This document shows positions 1-12,021 of a stretch of DNA of 64,000 bases, piece after piece. The notes under the pieces are model-generated. The model saw only the letters and a program-made list of their open reading frames with translations, had not been told where the DNA came from and did not search any database. Both the position numbers and the translations under genes were made by a program. How positions within the stretch are numbered: position 1 is the stretch's first letter; every line of letters starts with the position of its first letter. Source of the DNA: Heteronotia binoei (Eukaryota); contig NC_083227.1 in assembly GCF_032191835.1 (NCBI RefSeq), positions 17,608,001 to 17,672,000 on the forward strand, given 5' to 3'.

Positions 1-73
1 CTTGCTAGAACCAACACTTGAGAGATGAGATGCTCACCATGAATGACTATTTAATGCGGGAGGTGAGAACTCT

Positions 74-1129
74 ATATACCATTATATACCAAACCTTTAA
101 TGGCATAAAAGATTCAGATAAAAATACACAGAATATAAAAATTTAAACATTGGAGATAAAATCAAAATAAAACCGAGCTTACAGATGCATTCAAACATGG
201 TCAGAATTAAATTTAAGGATGTCAGCCAGAAATTTTGCCACAGCCTCACTAACCACCCCCTCACTATCACTCAATAAATAATAACAGGGTGGCAGAATAG
301 ACAAATCTGGAGAAAAAGAAAGCTTGCCAAATAAATCTTTACGGAGGTTATGGTATAAAGAACAATCAAGCAATATATGCTGGATTGAGTCAGGGGAATT
401 TGCTCCACAGGAGCAAAGTCTGTCGGCTAAAGGGACTCGCTGATATCTCCCTTGTAAAACTTTGGAGGGAAACGCGTTTAGTCTAGCCAACATAAATGCC
501 CTGCGATGACTTGGAGTGGTTAGGTCTGATAGATAATTGGGCATTTTGCCACAAAAAGCATAAAGACCTAAGGAAGCTGGAGAGCAAATATAAGGGTCAG
601 TTGGCCGTAATTTCATTTCCTCCAATTCCCATAGTCTCAGTTTAATACATCTGGAGATATATGACTCATCAGCGGTAGAAAAATCATCTACCTCTAACCC
701 CAATTGATTGAGTTTAGACAGAAGCACTGCTGTCCAGGATGAAATATATGGGTCTCTTTTCATACAATCAAGAAGGCTGTTGGGATCTGTTCTAAAATGA
801 ATTTTGAGCCAGAATTTAAACACTGCAATCCAGGCTTTTGTCTCCACCAAAGACTGACCCACTTCAGAGCAGAGAGCAAAGTAGGACACACATTTTGGCA
901 AACCAAGAATTTGTCTAAAGAATGAGGCTTGAATGCCCTCCACTTTCCTGGTAAAAGCTGAGATCCAAATAGGGATACCATAGAGGATTTGGGCAAGTGT
1001 TTTGGCTTTGAACACTTTAATAGCTGCTGGAACTAATTGGTTGCCCCTTGCAAAGAAAAACTGTTTAATTTGAGCAGCTGAACATTTAGCCAAGTTGACG
1101 GTGTTGTTACGATGTGAAACCCAGCTTAA
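74..1129 (-). mobile_element. 5'-truncated non-LTR retrotransposon 3' end (RTE-X-like; clade tentative)
   Basis: Frame open from the insertion edge to 191; C-terminal CSCG...HILLDC knuckle; 3' end TAAAGGTTT(GGTATATAAT)x2; sits exactly inside the left arm of the inverted repeat with a 2-bp overlap. Confidence 0.85.
191..1093 (-). CDS. C-terminal part of LINE reverse-transcriptase ORF (thumb region plus CCHC-like motif)
   Basis: 300-aa ORF: AQILYGIPIW, RRAFMLARLN, RLCSCG..DSIQHILLDCSLYHNLR. Confidence 0.8.
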   Translation of the reverse strand: MAKCSAAQIKQFFFARGNQLVPAAIKVFKAKTLAQILYGIPIWISAFTRKVEGIQASFFRQILGLPKCVSYFALCSEVGQSLVETKAWIAVFKFWLKIHFRTDPNSLLDCMKRDPYISSWTAVLLSKLNQLGLEVDDFSTADESYISRCIKLRLWELEEMKLRPTDPYICSPASLGLYAFCGKMPNYLSDLTTPSHRRAFMLARLNAFPSKVLQGRYQRVPLADRLCSCGANSPDSIQHILLDCSLYHNLRKDLFGKLSFSPDLSILPPCYYLLSDSEGVVSEAVAKFLADILKFNSDHV

Positions 1130-1228
1130 CTTGCGTGTCAGCTAGGAAAATTAGCTGTTTGGGTCACCGGGGCACCTCTTGTACAGCAACCAGCTGTTCC
1201 CCCCCCCCACGCCAGATGGAGGAGTATC

Positions 1229-1900
1229 AGGAGCAGGAATTCTGACATGTAATCCCGGACTGACTTCACTCCTTGCCTCAGGTCGTGGAGAGTGGAAATG
1301 GTGCTGGTCTCCTGCAAAGGGTCCTCGAACTGTTCCCTCAAGGCCCATAATAGGTCCCATGCTGTGTCTAAAGTGGGCGAGTGTGAGTCATACAGGGTAA
1401 TATACCAGTCTGCGGCCACTCCCTGTAGATATCCTCCGGTGTAGATAACCTTGGCATCCTCTGTTGGGAAGTTATCAGCTCAAACTTGAAAGTGGCCCCT
1501 GATTTGGACCAAAAAGTACCCCACATTGGCGGGGTTCCTGTCAAACCATGTCTCGTACACCTTCGAGCCCCCTGGGGTGATGGATGACTCCGGCAGGGTG
1601 GCTGGCTGAAGCAGCCAGGCTGATTGCCCTCCACCATCTGGTGGGGGTGGAGATACTCCTCCATCTGGCGTGGGGGGGGGAACAGCTGGTTGCTGTACAA
1701 GAGGTGCCCCGGTGACCCAAACAGCTAATTTTGCTAGCTGACACGCAAGAGTTCTCACCTCCCGCATTAAATAGTCATTCATGGTGAGCATCTCATCTCT
1801 CAAGTGTTGGCTATGTACCATTAGGCTCTCTTGGAGCCACTCAGGCAAGCCTTCGCTGGGGTAACCGAATGAAGCTCCCCTCCTGTATCTCTCTGCTTTG
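1229..1900 (-). mobile_element. Ty3/Gypsy gag remnant (retrotrans_gag, PEG10/RTL-like), disrupted
   Basis: Broken frames give FDRNPANVGYFLVQIRGHF and AADWYITLYD...LREQFEDP...LHDLRQGVKSVRDYMSEF; a possible LTR end TGTGACA lies at about 2014-2020 on the - strand. Confidence 0.8.
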
Positions 1901-3129
1901 TCGTCATATCACCAAGCTCGGTATCCCGAGGAGCGAGGGCAGCTGCGTCTGGCGATTGCTTCCCTATCCTCCCATTCTACAAAGCCTCTCGAGCCTCGAT
2001 TGTCTCTTCTAGTTGTCACAAACCTGGGCACAAATGTGACTCACATCCTGCTGATTGCTGGACTATTAGATATACTTTGAGGCCCAATAAAGGGTTAAAA
2101 TAGCAGCATGTTCAGTTGCATCATGGGAGTTGTAGTCTGCAAGTTCAGTGCCACCTCAGACTCACAAAGTTTCCTTCAAGTTTATTTATTTATTTATTCG
2201 ATTCATATCCCACCCTCCCTACCAAGGTGGGCTCAGGGCGGCGGGTCTGTTTTTCCCCCACCCTCGTCTGTTTTCTCCCCCTCCCCCATGTCTATGTGTT
2301 CACAAAGAGTTCAGTAGCTGGGTCTCTTTCCTTCTCTCCCTGCCCCCCTGAATGCATCTATGTGTTTGCAAAGAAAGGTCTGAATCCAGTAGGTCTGCCT
2401 TCCCCTCACCTCCCTCCTTCCCTAACCTTGCTACTGAGCCTCTGTGTGTGTACAAAGCAAGGCAGTGAGGTGGACATTAGGCTGAGAGTATTTGTTCAGA
2501 CCAAGTTCACCCAGCACATTTTGCTTTATAGACTGGGGTTTTTGAATCTAAGCCTTCCGAATAGTAGGTTCATACCACTATGCATGGCTGTCTCTCTATT
2601 ATTACACTGCCTCTTAGGAGTTGTAGTTATTTTTCTGGGGTTAAATATAGTTTTGTAGACACACACCTCCAGTTCAGTTTTGTAGACTCCCCATTCCAGG
2701 CAACATGGGAGCATAAGTAACAAAATACTGCAAGAGTTTTAAGCATGTTTGTATTGTAAGTAAAAAAAAAGGGGAGGGAGTAATTGTGAATGTCCAGCAT
2801 TGTTCAGGGAGTCCAGCTAGATTACTCTGGAGATCCCTTTCAACTCTGTTTCCATATTATATTTAATTGTGTTGGTCTGTATCTTTTATGAAGTTTATAT
2901 CTGCTGTCTGTCATTACAGCAAAAACATGTAGCTACTAAAGAGAACAGGCCTACAAGAAAATGAAGGATTATCGTATTACTTGTTCTCAGAATTCTCTGG
3001 TTTGTTTGGTATTTGTGTTTGTGTGCGCATCTGGAAGTCATGATGATAATTCATCTTTTTTCGAAAATTGGTTCGGTGTGTGTGTGTGTGCGTGTGTGTG
3101 TGTGCCAAAAGTGAGCTTTGCCTAGAGCA

Positions 3130-3900
3130 CCAGATAGTTCTAGGGCCGGCCTTCAAATAACAAATCTTTCCCTGGAATTTACTCCAGAGCTGTTTTTATT
3201 ATTAGCATTTGAACTTGATAGTATAGCAAATAAATTACAGGCTGAGTTAATCTCAATACTGTTGTCTATAGCAAGAACCACAATAGCTGCAAACTGGAAA
3301 AATGAGTTTAAATATTCAATTGTGGAATACTCAAATATGGACATATATCGTATTCTCTAAAATAACAGTGAACTTGCAATCCCCTTTTCAGAAAGAAAGT
3401 ATCATAACTGGCCGGAGAGCCAGTTTGGTGTAGTGGTTATAAGTGTGCAGACTCTTATCTGGGAGAACCGGGTTTGATTCCCCACTCCTCCACTTGCACC
3501 TGCTGGAATGGCCTTGGGTCAGCCATAGCTCTGGCAGAGGTTGTCCTTGAAAGGGCAGCAGCTGTGAGAGCCCCTCTCCAGCCCCACCCACCTCACAGGG
3601 TGTTTGTTGTGGGGGAGGAAGGTAAAGGAGATTGTGAGCCGCTCTGAGACTCTTCGGAGTGGAGGGCGGGATATAAATCCAATATCTTTGTTAGCATCTG
3701 GTATTCTGTGCTACAATTTTTGTCAGAAAAAATATTCTACCTTCTGAACCCTGGTATAGAGATACAGTTCTATTTTGAATGGTGAAAACTATGTTTATAC
3801 CAGGTGCTTGAAGAATGGCAAAATTACAAAATTTGTGAAATGTGGTCTTACGATTTTAAATATATAGTATCAGGTTTCTAATATTATTTTTGTCTATCTT
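3130..3900 (+). mobile_element. L1 ORF2 3' fragment, interrupted by a SINE
   Basis: ITNLSLEFTPELFLL...LLSIARTTIAANWK resembles the L1 ORF2 C-terminus; boundaries approximate. Confidence 0.65.
3415..3686 (+). mobile_element. tRNA-derived SINE (Squam3-like)
   Basis: GAGAGCCAGTTTGGTGTAGTGGTT head, GGTTTGATTCC B box; near-identical copies at 25158, 34568, 34812 and 42080. Confidence 0.85.
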
Positions 3901-4373
3901 GTTTTTTGTGGGGAGAATACAACGGGCGTTAGAAATTTGCTATGGGTGAGTTTCATGGCTTTGGCAGGGAAGGAAGGAAAAGATAGAGGAAAGCAAGGTA
4001 TGTCAAGAAGGCAGCTGTTGGGAAGGTAAATGGAGAAAGTGGGGAAATGTGAGGTAGGTTATCAGAGAAGGGGGTTTCGTCAGAAAAAAAAGATGGGGGG
4101 CAAAAGAGATGGGGTAGATTGCTTTCTATCTCCTCCCCCCTCTCTGCAGCGTCTATCTAGAAAAGTGCGGTCTTTCTTCACAATGGAGACCAAAGCAACT
4201 TATAAACTTCTCCTCTTCCCTGCTTTTGATCTGCAGAACAAACCTGTGAGGCACATTAGGCTGAAAGTCTGTGACTGGTCTGAAATCACCTCATCAGCTT
4301 TCACAGCAAGAAGTTGGGTCTGGCAGACCCCACTCTGAAGTGCCAGCTGCCATGTCACACTGGCTGTCCCTAG

Positions 4374-4860
4374 CAGGGTTACCAATCCCCAGTTGGGGGC
4401 AGGGGATCCCCTGGTTTGGAGGCCCTCCCCCCACTTCAGGGTCATTAGAAAGCGAGGGGGGGGGGGAGACTGTGCTGGACACTTCATTGTACTTAATGAT
4501 TCCCATAGAGTGTAATGGAGAATTGATCTGTGAGTATCTTGGGCTCTGGTGGGGAACTGATTTTTGAGGTAGAGGCACCAAATTTTCAGCCTAGCATCTG
4601 TTGTCTCTCCTAAAAACACCCCCCAGGTTTCAAAAAGATTGGACCAGGAAGTCCAATTCTATGAGCCCCAAAAAGAAGGTGCCTCTCTCCATTATTCCAA
4701 ATGGAGAGAAGGTATTTAAAAGGCATGTGGTCTCTTGCCAGAACTCCCTTTGGAGTTCAGTTCTGCTTGTCACACCTCTGCTCCCAGCTTTACCCCCAAT
4801 GTCTCCTCGCTTCACCCCCAAATTCCCCAGATATTTCTTGACTCAGACTTGGAAACCCTA
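4374..4860 (-). mobile_element. Non-autonomous hAT-type element (TAGGGTTGCCA-terminus family)
   Basis: Reverse complement of the roughly 490-bp copies at 41147 and 56693; degenerate TIRs. Confidence 0.75.
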
Positions 4861-6448
4861 TTGCATTGCGGGGGGGGGGGGGGGGTGATCTCATCAGGGT
4901 ATAATGACTCAGAGTGTACTGTTTTCTTCCGGGGAACTGATAGATGCCAATCTGGAAAGCAGTTGTAGTTCTGAGATTGGCAACAGTGGTTCCCAGGAGG
5001 AAATGGCTGGCTTTGGGGTAGAGTCTATGGCATTGTACCTTCTCAAACCCCATCCTCTCCAAGCTCCACCCCTCCAATCTCCAAGAATTTCCCAACCTGG
5101 AGTTGCCAACCCTCTCTTTCCCAGCTGACCATCAACCGACCTTTGTTTGCCCCTCTGACTTCAGCTTTCCATCTCCTCCCCTCTTCCCCGCGCCATCTTT
5201 CTCCACAGTGGGGAATGAAGCAGCTTATATAATTTTCTTCTCCCCCTTTTGATCCCCACAACCCTGTGAGGTAAGTTAGCCTGAAAGTCTGTGACTGGTC
5301 TGAAATCACTCAGTCAGCTTCCCCAGTAGGAACCTGGTTCTGGCAGACCTTGAACCTGAAGTGCTGACTGTCACATCACAGTGGCTGCCAAAGTGATTTT
5401 GGGCTGAAACCATGTTATACTTCCACTTCAATGTACTTTAAATATAATTTTAAGAGATGAACTGGGCTATATTTCTTACATATTTACAAAATAACTACAG
5501 TACCATCCCGTTCAATCATGCATCAATGAAGTATTTCAGAGATTTTAAAATCACGCCAGAAACTTATTATTTCCTTTACGATCTTAGAACACCATTTATG
5601 AATCTTTACTACATCACTGTGCCTTCTACCTTTAAGAAAAAAATATCCAAGACACAGCTGCATGTACTACCTGTAATAGTTTTCTTTAAGTAGAGTTAGT
5701 TATCAAGCTTTTTGGAGGGAGTGTTTTGCCAGTAAAATTCTGAAGACTTTTGCATCTAGCTAGAAAAGAGGTTCTGGAATAGCTGGGTCCTAATATAAAT
5801 GTAATGTAGAGAGCATTTGGCCAGCCAAATCCAGAAGGCTTTTGCATCTGGTTAGGGAAGAGGTTTAGGACTGGCTTGCTCCTAGTATAAATAGAAACAC
5901 TTAAGTGAGATTGAGAGGTAAGTTCTTGATAATAATCAATATATTTTTAAAAATTACACGTTTAAAATGTTTACGTTATCCACTTCCATCCAGCTTTGTA
6001 TTGTCGCTTGCTATAATCACCAAGGTTTATTCCAGGATGAGAAATTCTGATGAAAATAGGTTGCAGAGAGCATTTTGCCGGACAAATTCAGAAGGCTTTT
6101 GCATCTGGTTAGGGAAGAGGTTTAGGACTGGCTCGCTCCCAATATTAACACTGAATTGTAACAAGAAGCTATTGGAAGAAAATAGAAATACTCCTGAGGA
6201 AGACTTTTGATGAAATGAGCCTACATGCAGGTGCTTGTTGGATGGACTTTTCTTTGCAATCTTGCAAAGCTGACCTTCTTTATTATGCTTTTAAAAGGAT
6301 TTATATGACTTCTTAAAAACGTTTTACTAAATATACTGTTAGCCAGTATATCACTGTGAGGGGTTTTTTTTTTTGTTTTGGTATTTTCTGAACAGGAGCA
6401 AGCGGCCAGGCCTAGTTAAGTCATACCAGTCAGGTGGAATCAAAATAG

Positions 6449-6624
6449 GTCTGGGGTAGTGAGGCTCTGTATTCTTGGTGCTTGGGGGGGCACAGTGGGA
6501 TGGCTTCTGGCCCCACTGATGGACCTCCTGATGGCACTTGGTTTTTTTGGCCACTGTGTGTCACAGAGTGTTGGACTGGATGGGCATTGGCCTGATCCAA
6601 CATGACTTCTCTTATGTTCTTATG
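6449..6624 (+). mobile_element. CR1 LINE 3' terminus fused to the TUSC3 retrocopy
   Basis: Matches the CR1 3' UTR copies at 12210-12408 and 42690-42759; ends in the TTCT(C)TTATG TTCTTATG tail. Confidence 0.85.
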
Positions 6625-7710
6625 ATGAGGGAGCAGATGTTTTTCAGCAGCTCAATATGAACTCTGCTCCAACATTCATGCATTTCCCCCCAAAAGGTAA
6701 GCTCAAGAGAGCTGACACATTTGACCTGCAGAAAATTGGATTCGCAGCAGAACAGTTAGCTGACAGAACTGATGTTCATATTAGAGTATTCAGGCCACCA
6801 AACAATTCAGGTACTATTGCTTGGCCCTCTTGGTTTCACTGATCAGTGGTTTGCTCTACTTGCAGTGAAATAACTTGAGAGTTCATCTACAACAAGATTG
6901 GCTGGGCAATGGCAGCACTGTGTGTTGCATTTGCGAAGACTTCTGGCCAAATGTGGAATCGCGTTTGTGGTCCCCCCCTATGCTCATAAAAATCCTCAGA
7001 ATGGGCAGGTGAGTTACATTCATGGAAGCAGCCAGGCACAATTTGTTGCTGAACTTCACAGTATACTACTCCTGAATGCTGCTATCACCATGGGGATGGT
7101 GCTTTTGAATGAAGCTGCTACCTTCAAAGGGGATGCTGGGAAACAAAGAATAATATGCTTGCTAGGTCTGAGGCTGGTCATTTTCTTCTTCAGCTTCCTG
7201 CTTCAATATTCCGCGCCAAGTACCATGGCTATTCATACAGCTTCTTATTTAAGTGAATTCACATAAAGGTAATGTTTACTATGAAGATAAGCAGCTCCTG
7301 ATAGTATCTGCTTAGCAACATTACATTTCTTCAAGAGTCTCCATTTGGTTCATCTGTTTCCCGTGATAAATTACAGTGTTCATGTAGAGAAGAAAATTTT
7401 GTGGGTTTTTTTAACCTGATGTACCAAATGCTTCATCTAATTTATAATGTATAGCAAATACTGGATATCTAAATGGAGGATGTAATAAACTGCATGAGGG
7501 TGGGAATATGCTTGGTGGCCCTGAATTTTAAATAAAGCTAGGTTTGGTGGCAAAATTTTTGTTCTTGTGTATTACAGTTGTATAAACTTCAGTTGACAAA
7601 AAGTCAAACCCATTGAGATTTTGTAAACCATGGCATAAAAATGTAAGATTTAAAACTACCATTCAGCTTTGCCTAATAAAGAAAACAAAAAAACTGTGAA
7701 AGAAAGAAAG
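6621..7710 (+). pseudogene. TUSC3: 5'-truncated processed pseudogene of TUSC3 (OST3/OST6 family)
   Basis: Intronless [26 protein letters not shown]...[28 protein letters not shown]...[11 protein letters not shown] (stop at 7256); KWIA deleted, frameshifts and an internal stop; AATAAA at 7675 followed by an A-rich tail. Residues match TUSC3 rather than MAGT1. Confidence 0.93.
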
Positions 7711-7786
7711 ACCAGACCTGGGGCCTTTGGGGGTAGAGCCAGCAGACTTTCCCACTCCCCCTCCCCATAAAAATACATTGCTGTTC

Positions 7787-7978
7787 CAGGGCTTTTTTTG
7801 AGCAGGAACGCACAGAAACGCAGTTCTGACTGCCTTCGTGCCAGAGGGTGTGGCCTAATATGCAAATTAATTCCTGTTGGGCTTTTTCTACAAAGAAGCC
7901 CTATGCAAAGCACATCAGGGGGTGCGGCCTAATATGCAAATGAGTTTCTGCTGGGCTTTTTCTACCAAAAAAGCCCTG
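7787..7978. mobile_element. Palindromic hAT-type MITE (CAGGGCTTTTTTTG...AAAAAGCCCTG)
   Basis: TIRs visible; family recurs at 43772, 46475, 50165, 58481, 59585 and 61605. Confidence 0.8.
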
Positions 7979-8699
7979 CCTGTTCTCCTGAATACAGTCT
8001 TCATTTCCTTGTTCCCCGGCAGCTGACTGCACTTCCACAAAATTAAAGTGAATACACACTCTCACAAAGTAGCCAAATAAACACAGTTTGTAAGCACACA
8101 CTTTTGTAATCTCACTGGGGCAATTACTCACTGGAACCATCTGCTGTATTTCAACCAACTTCTTAAGACTAACAGGAAAATGAAAGCAGAGCAGTTCCAA
8201 ACAAAGGGCCTTTGCTTACCTCTTCCTTTTATACACTCACCAGGAAGCTCCAGGAGCCCTCAACCAATTAGGGGAAGGCTTTCGGTGGCTGTTTCCCTCC
8301 TCCTCCCACCCTTAGCCAATGGAACGCAACAGACCTCGATGTCCCAAAGGTTGATGTGGTACTGTCATCAGGGTGCTCCATTTTGGCACCACAAAAATTA
8401 TTATTATTAATATTAATGTAAAAATAAAAACAGGGAATAATAATAATAATATAGGATGATACCTCTGACATTATTTGGCTGGTGTTTTACGTTTCCCTTC
8501 TGGATTCAACCTTCAGAATTCTACCTAGCCTAGTTTTTCTTCAAAGAAGTTCTGCAACAAAGAACGTGAACACACACAGTCTCTCCCCCCACCCACCCGA
8601 AAAAGCTCTTGTTCCATTTCAAAGCTCATTGTCCGATATATAACTTCAGCCTTTGTAGACGGAGGTTAAAGAAAACACCGCCCCCCCCCCCCCCATTCA

Positions 8700-9150
8700 A
8701 CCATCTAATTTCCTAGATGGCTGAACGCCATTGGATACGCTGGGAGAACAACCCTCTGCAGAGTTACTCCTGAGCAGCCTACTAAAGTCGCAAAGAGTCG
8801 GACTCGACTGTGCGACTGAACAACAACAGCCCACTGAGCTGGGGGGGAGGGGGTCAGAGGCGGCGGCCTGCCTAAACTCCGCTCTGTCCTGGACTGGGCG
8901 CGGGGAAAGAGCGAAAAGCATTTTCTCTTCGACTGGAGCACGGAAGGGGTTAAAGCAATAGAGCTGTTTGCTAGAGAGGGCAAGCGAGGGAGGGGAGTGG
9001 AAAGGCTCTTTTCCTGCTTGTGTATGTTTCCGGCGGGGGGAGGCAGGTTGGTTCTGCATCGCCCTAGAGGGCAGGAGGGGCTTCAGGCAGGTAACAGCGA
9101 GGAAAAGCTGTACAACCGGATCCTGGGAAGGTTTACTCACAAGTAAGACA
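8700..9150 (+). promoter_or_regulatory. CpG-rich promoter and non-coding exon 1 of paralog A
   Basis: CpG-rich by eye; dyad CCATCTA-N6-TAGATGG (YY1-like halves) at 8701-8720; inverted CCAAT box at 8730-8734; donors CAG|GTAACA (9090) and CAA|GTAAGA (9142); all conserved in B and C. Confidence 0.65.
8780..8826 (+). mobile_element. 47-bp Bov-B 3' tail inserted in the paralog A promoter
   Basis: GTCGCAAAGAGTCGGACTCGACTG...(CAA)n between CAGCC direct repeats; absent at the matching B and C sites. Confidence 0.8.
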
Positions 9151-9204
9151 CGGGGGTTAGGGGAGGTATAAGCTCTTAAATTTGAAAAAGAGGCATGTTG
9201 GTTC

Positions 9205-9340
9205 TCATGTATAGATTCAGGTTGGGAGCCGGGTTGGTCTGCAGCAGAAGAACAAAAGTTCGAGTCCATGGACACCTTTAACACCAACCGAGTTTTATTA
9301 ACAGTATAAGCTTTTGCGAGCATGCAGGCTGCTTCAGTTC
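9205..9340 (-). mobile_element. Old Penelope-like pLTR remnant (also about 28370-28480 and 52150-52260)
   Basis: Resembles the younger insert at 28045; - strand carries a decayed CTGAAG...AAAAGCTTAT hammerhead-like tract. Confidence 0.6.
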
Positions 9341-9796
9341 AATTAAAATGGAAGCTACCAGTCCATACATATAGGCAAAGGTGAGCAAAAAATTTGCATA
9401 CAGCTTGATGATGATGTTTAACAGGACCAAGCAGGAATAACATGCTTAGTTCTTATGGTTACCATTTGACGAGTTCATTGGGGGGGGGGGGCGGGATAGG
9501 GAAGGATATATATCAAAATTGGAGGCTGATGGGCAGGTGTCCCCTCCTTATTTGTGAGATGTTGAGAGTCATAAAATGAGACCCTGTTGTCAAGCTTACC
9601 TCTCTTCTTAAGCTTAATGGAGAGTCTCAGTTAAAGACCCTCGGGCTTTAAATGCTTTCAAAGTGTGATTTTTTTTAAAAAAAGTATGTTTTTAATTTGT
9701 TGGTTGTCTTGGTGGCCTTTGTGGAAGACTGATGGATGAGATCTGAACTTTTTAAATCAATTCCCAGCCACTGAGGTCTTAGGGAGGCCCAGAATG

Positions 9797-10007
9797 GAAC
9801 ATATGAAGCTGCCTTATACTGAATCAGACTCTCAGTCCATCAAAGTTGGTATTGTCTACTTAGACTGGCAGCAGTTCTCCAGGGTCTCAAGCTGAGGTTT
9901 TTCACACCTACTTGTCTGGACCCTTTTTAGTTGAAGATGCCGGGGATTGAACCTGGGACCTTCTGCTTACCAAGCAGATGCTGTACCACTGAGCCACCAT
10001 CCTTCCC
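9797..10007 (-). mobile_element. tRNA-head SINE (Squam2-like) in intron 1 of A
   Basis: - strand: A box TGGCTCAGTGG, B box GGTTCAATCC, tail ending CTTCATATGTTC; absent in B and C. Confidence 0.75.
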
Positions 10008-10461
10008 ACACCGGGTCAGGAGGCCCACACCAGGTCAGGAGGGGAGGAATGATTCATGCCAGTTGCTTGCTACACGTTCCAGTTTACATTGAGATGTATC
10101 CCGTGGAACAGGCTGATTCGCCAGTCAACTAAAACCCAAGGTGATATCATCTGCAACATACTTTTTATGAGCTAAATAGAGAGGGTTTGCTTTCCTGAAG
10201 GACCAAACAGGAATATCTAACAAAGCTCAATACATAATATAGCACAATGACGCTAATTGTGATCTGCAAATTGCAACAATAATGCTTCTTCTGATCCATT
10301 GGGCCAATGCTTCACTGTCTCTTGACCAGGATTGGTGATGTAGCTCTTTTCTCTTTTGATTTATTTCTGCCCTTTTGATTTTCTTTCTTCTTCCTCTTCA
10401 TAGCCACAAAAATAAGGGTATCTGAACACAGTAGGATGCAACCCAAGAGAAAGGGAAGGTG

Positions 10462-10872
10462 ATGGAAGAAGGACCTGGAATAGGCAAGAGATCAAGGGAA
10501 AGTGCCCAACCCACCCAGGTTGGAAGTGGTGTTGAATCCTGGGAAAGAGCTGTGCCAGGGATCCTGTCACAGGACACGATGAGTGCAGATGGACGCAACC
10601 GATGCTTCCGACAGTTCCGCTACCATGAGGCTGATGGACCCCGAGGTGTTTGCAGCCAACTCCATGCACTTTGCAATCACTGGCTGGAGCCCGAGAGGCA
10701 CACCAAGAAGCAGATCGTGGACCGGGTGATCATGGAGCAGTTCCTGGCCATCCTTCCCCAGGAAATGCAGTGCTGGGTGACAGAATGTGAGCCAGAGACC
10801 AGTTCGCAAGCGGTGGCCCTGGCCGAAGGTTTCCTTCTGAGTCAGGCTGAGGAGAAGAGGCAGGCAGAGCAG
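10462..10872 (+). CDS. Paralog A exon: SCAN domain
   Basis: Acceptor TAG|10404; ATG at 10462; [58 protein letters not shown]; donor CAG|GTGAGG; 137 codons. Confidence 0.9.
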
Positions 10873-11113
10873 GTGAGGGGCTTTCATTCGCTCAGTTCCA
10901 GCAAGGACCTTATCTTAAGGTTTGCCTGCCAGATATTTCAACCTTGAGAGAATTCACTGGGCTGGGAAGAAAACCCAACCCTGATTCTTAGCCTTGTGGT
11001 TGAACCAGCTCTGCTGGTGGATGCAGGGATGAGGAGTCTGGTAGTGGGACAGGATTCGTCTCCTCAGCCTCTTCCATTTCTTCTCTTACTAGTCTCCCTT
11101 CCTGTTGTTTCAG

Positions 11114-11228
11114 ATTTGGGGACCAGCTGTGAAGATGGAAGCAAAGCTCTCTAAGGCAGGAGGAGATCCATTCGAGGAAAGTCAGAGGGCAAAGACCCAG
11201 AAGTGTGCCCTGGGTGGCCTGTCAAATG
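11114..11228 (+). CDS. Paralog A linker exon (115 nt)
   Basis: CAG| ... |GTAAAG; phase 0 to 1; same length in B and C. Confidence 0.75.
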
Positions 11229-12021
11229 GTAAAGGTGCCTCCTGCCCAGATGGGATTTGGGCACGTAGTCAAGTTGTTGGGTGGAAGATTTGGGACAGAA
11301 GAAAAAAAGAGATGCTTTCCTCACTATGCAGACTCAAGTTCTGGGCCTTAGTGCCCCAGGATGTCATGATGGCCACTCCCTGGAAGGGGGAAAAGACAGA
11401 TTCATGGAATGCCATTACATTCTTATTTACTTGAGTTAAAATATTTTGTATCTCACTTTCTTTCTGTTAGAGGGACTCGAGGTGGCTCCAAAAGGGAAAG
11501 AAGACAAATGTGGATGGAGCTATTAGCCATGGTGAATATTGCTGTGAATTGGATGGCCCAGGCTAGCCCAATCTCATCAGAAGCTAATCAGGGTCAGCTC
11601 TGGTTCGCATTTGAATGAGAGACCACCAAAGAAGGCCGGGTTGCTGTGCTGAGGCAGGCAATGGCATATCACCCCTGATTGTCTCTTGCCATGAATAACT
11701 GTAGGGTCTCCATAACTTGGTTGTGATTTGATGCCACTTCACACACACACATACACGTTCTGCAGCAGTCTGCCTCTGACATAATTGGGCTTCTCAGCCC
11801 CTGCTTAAGAGTTTTCCAGGGGTTTTTGCAAGTCACAGAACAAGGATACTGGACTAGTAATGCCAGCCCATATCCTGCCCCCACAAGAGGTTTCAGGGTG
11901 GAGCATGAAGTGGACGTGATGTCGTGTTGATGTCCAGCCAAATACCTGGATGTGAAGTCAGAGCATCAGCAGTTGCCCTGAAACCTCTTTGGTGGCACAG
12001 AACTTCAGTTGTATTAATATC

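Larger units (their letters stand above)
11..1810. repeat. Inverted (fold-back) duplication of a Gypsy gag segment; left arm split by a LINE
   Basis: 11-73 is the reverse complement of 1748-1810, and 1130-1228 is the reverse complement of 1652-1749 (one mismatch seen). Confidence 0.92.

Noticed and set aside
2014-2170. Possible Gypsy LTR next to the gag remnant
   Set aside because: Only one terminus is visible, with no canonical PBS and no second LTR.
9940-10007. tRNA-like A and B boxes (also at SINE heads 3415, 25158, 61971)
   Set aside because: They continue into SINE bodies and lack a full cloverleaf, so they are not tRNA genes.
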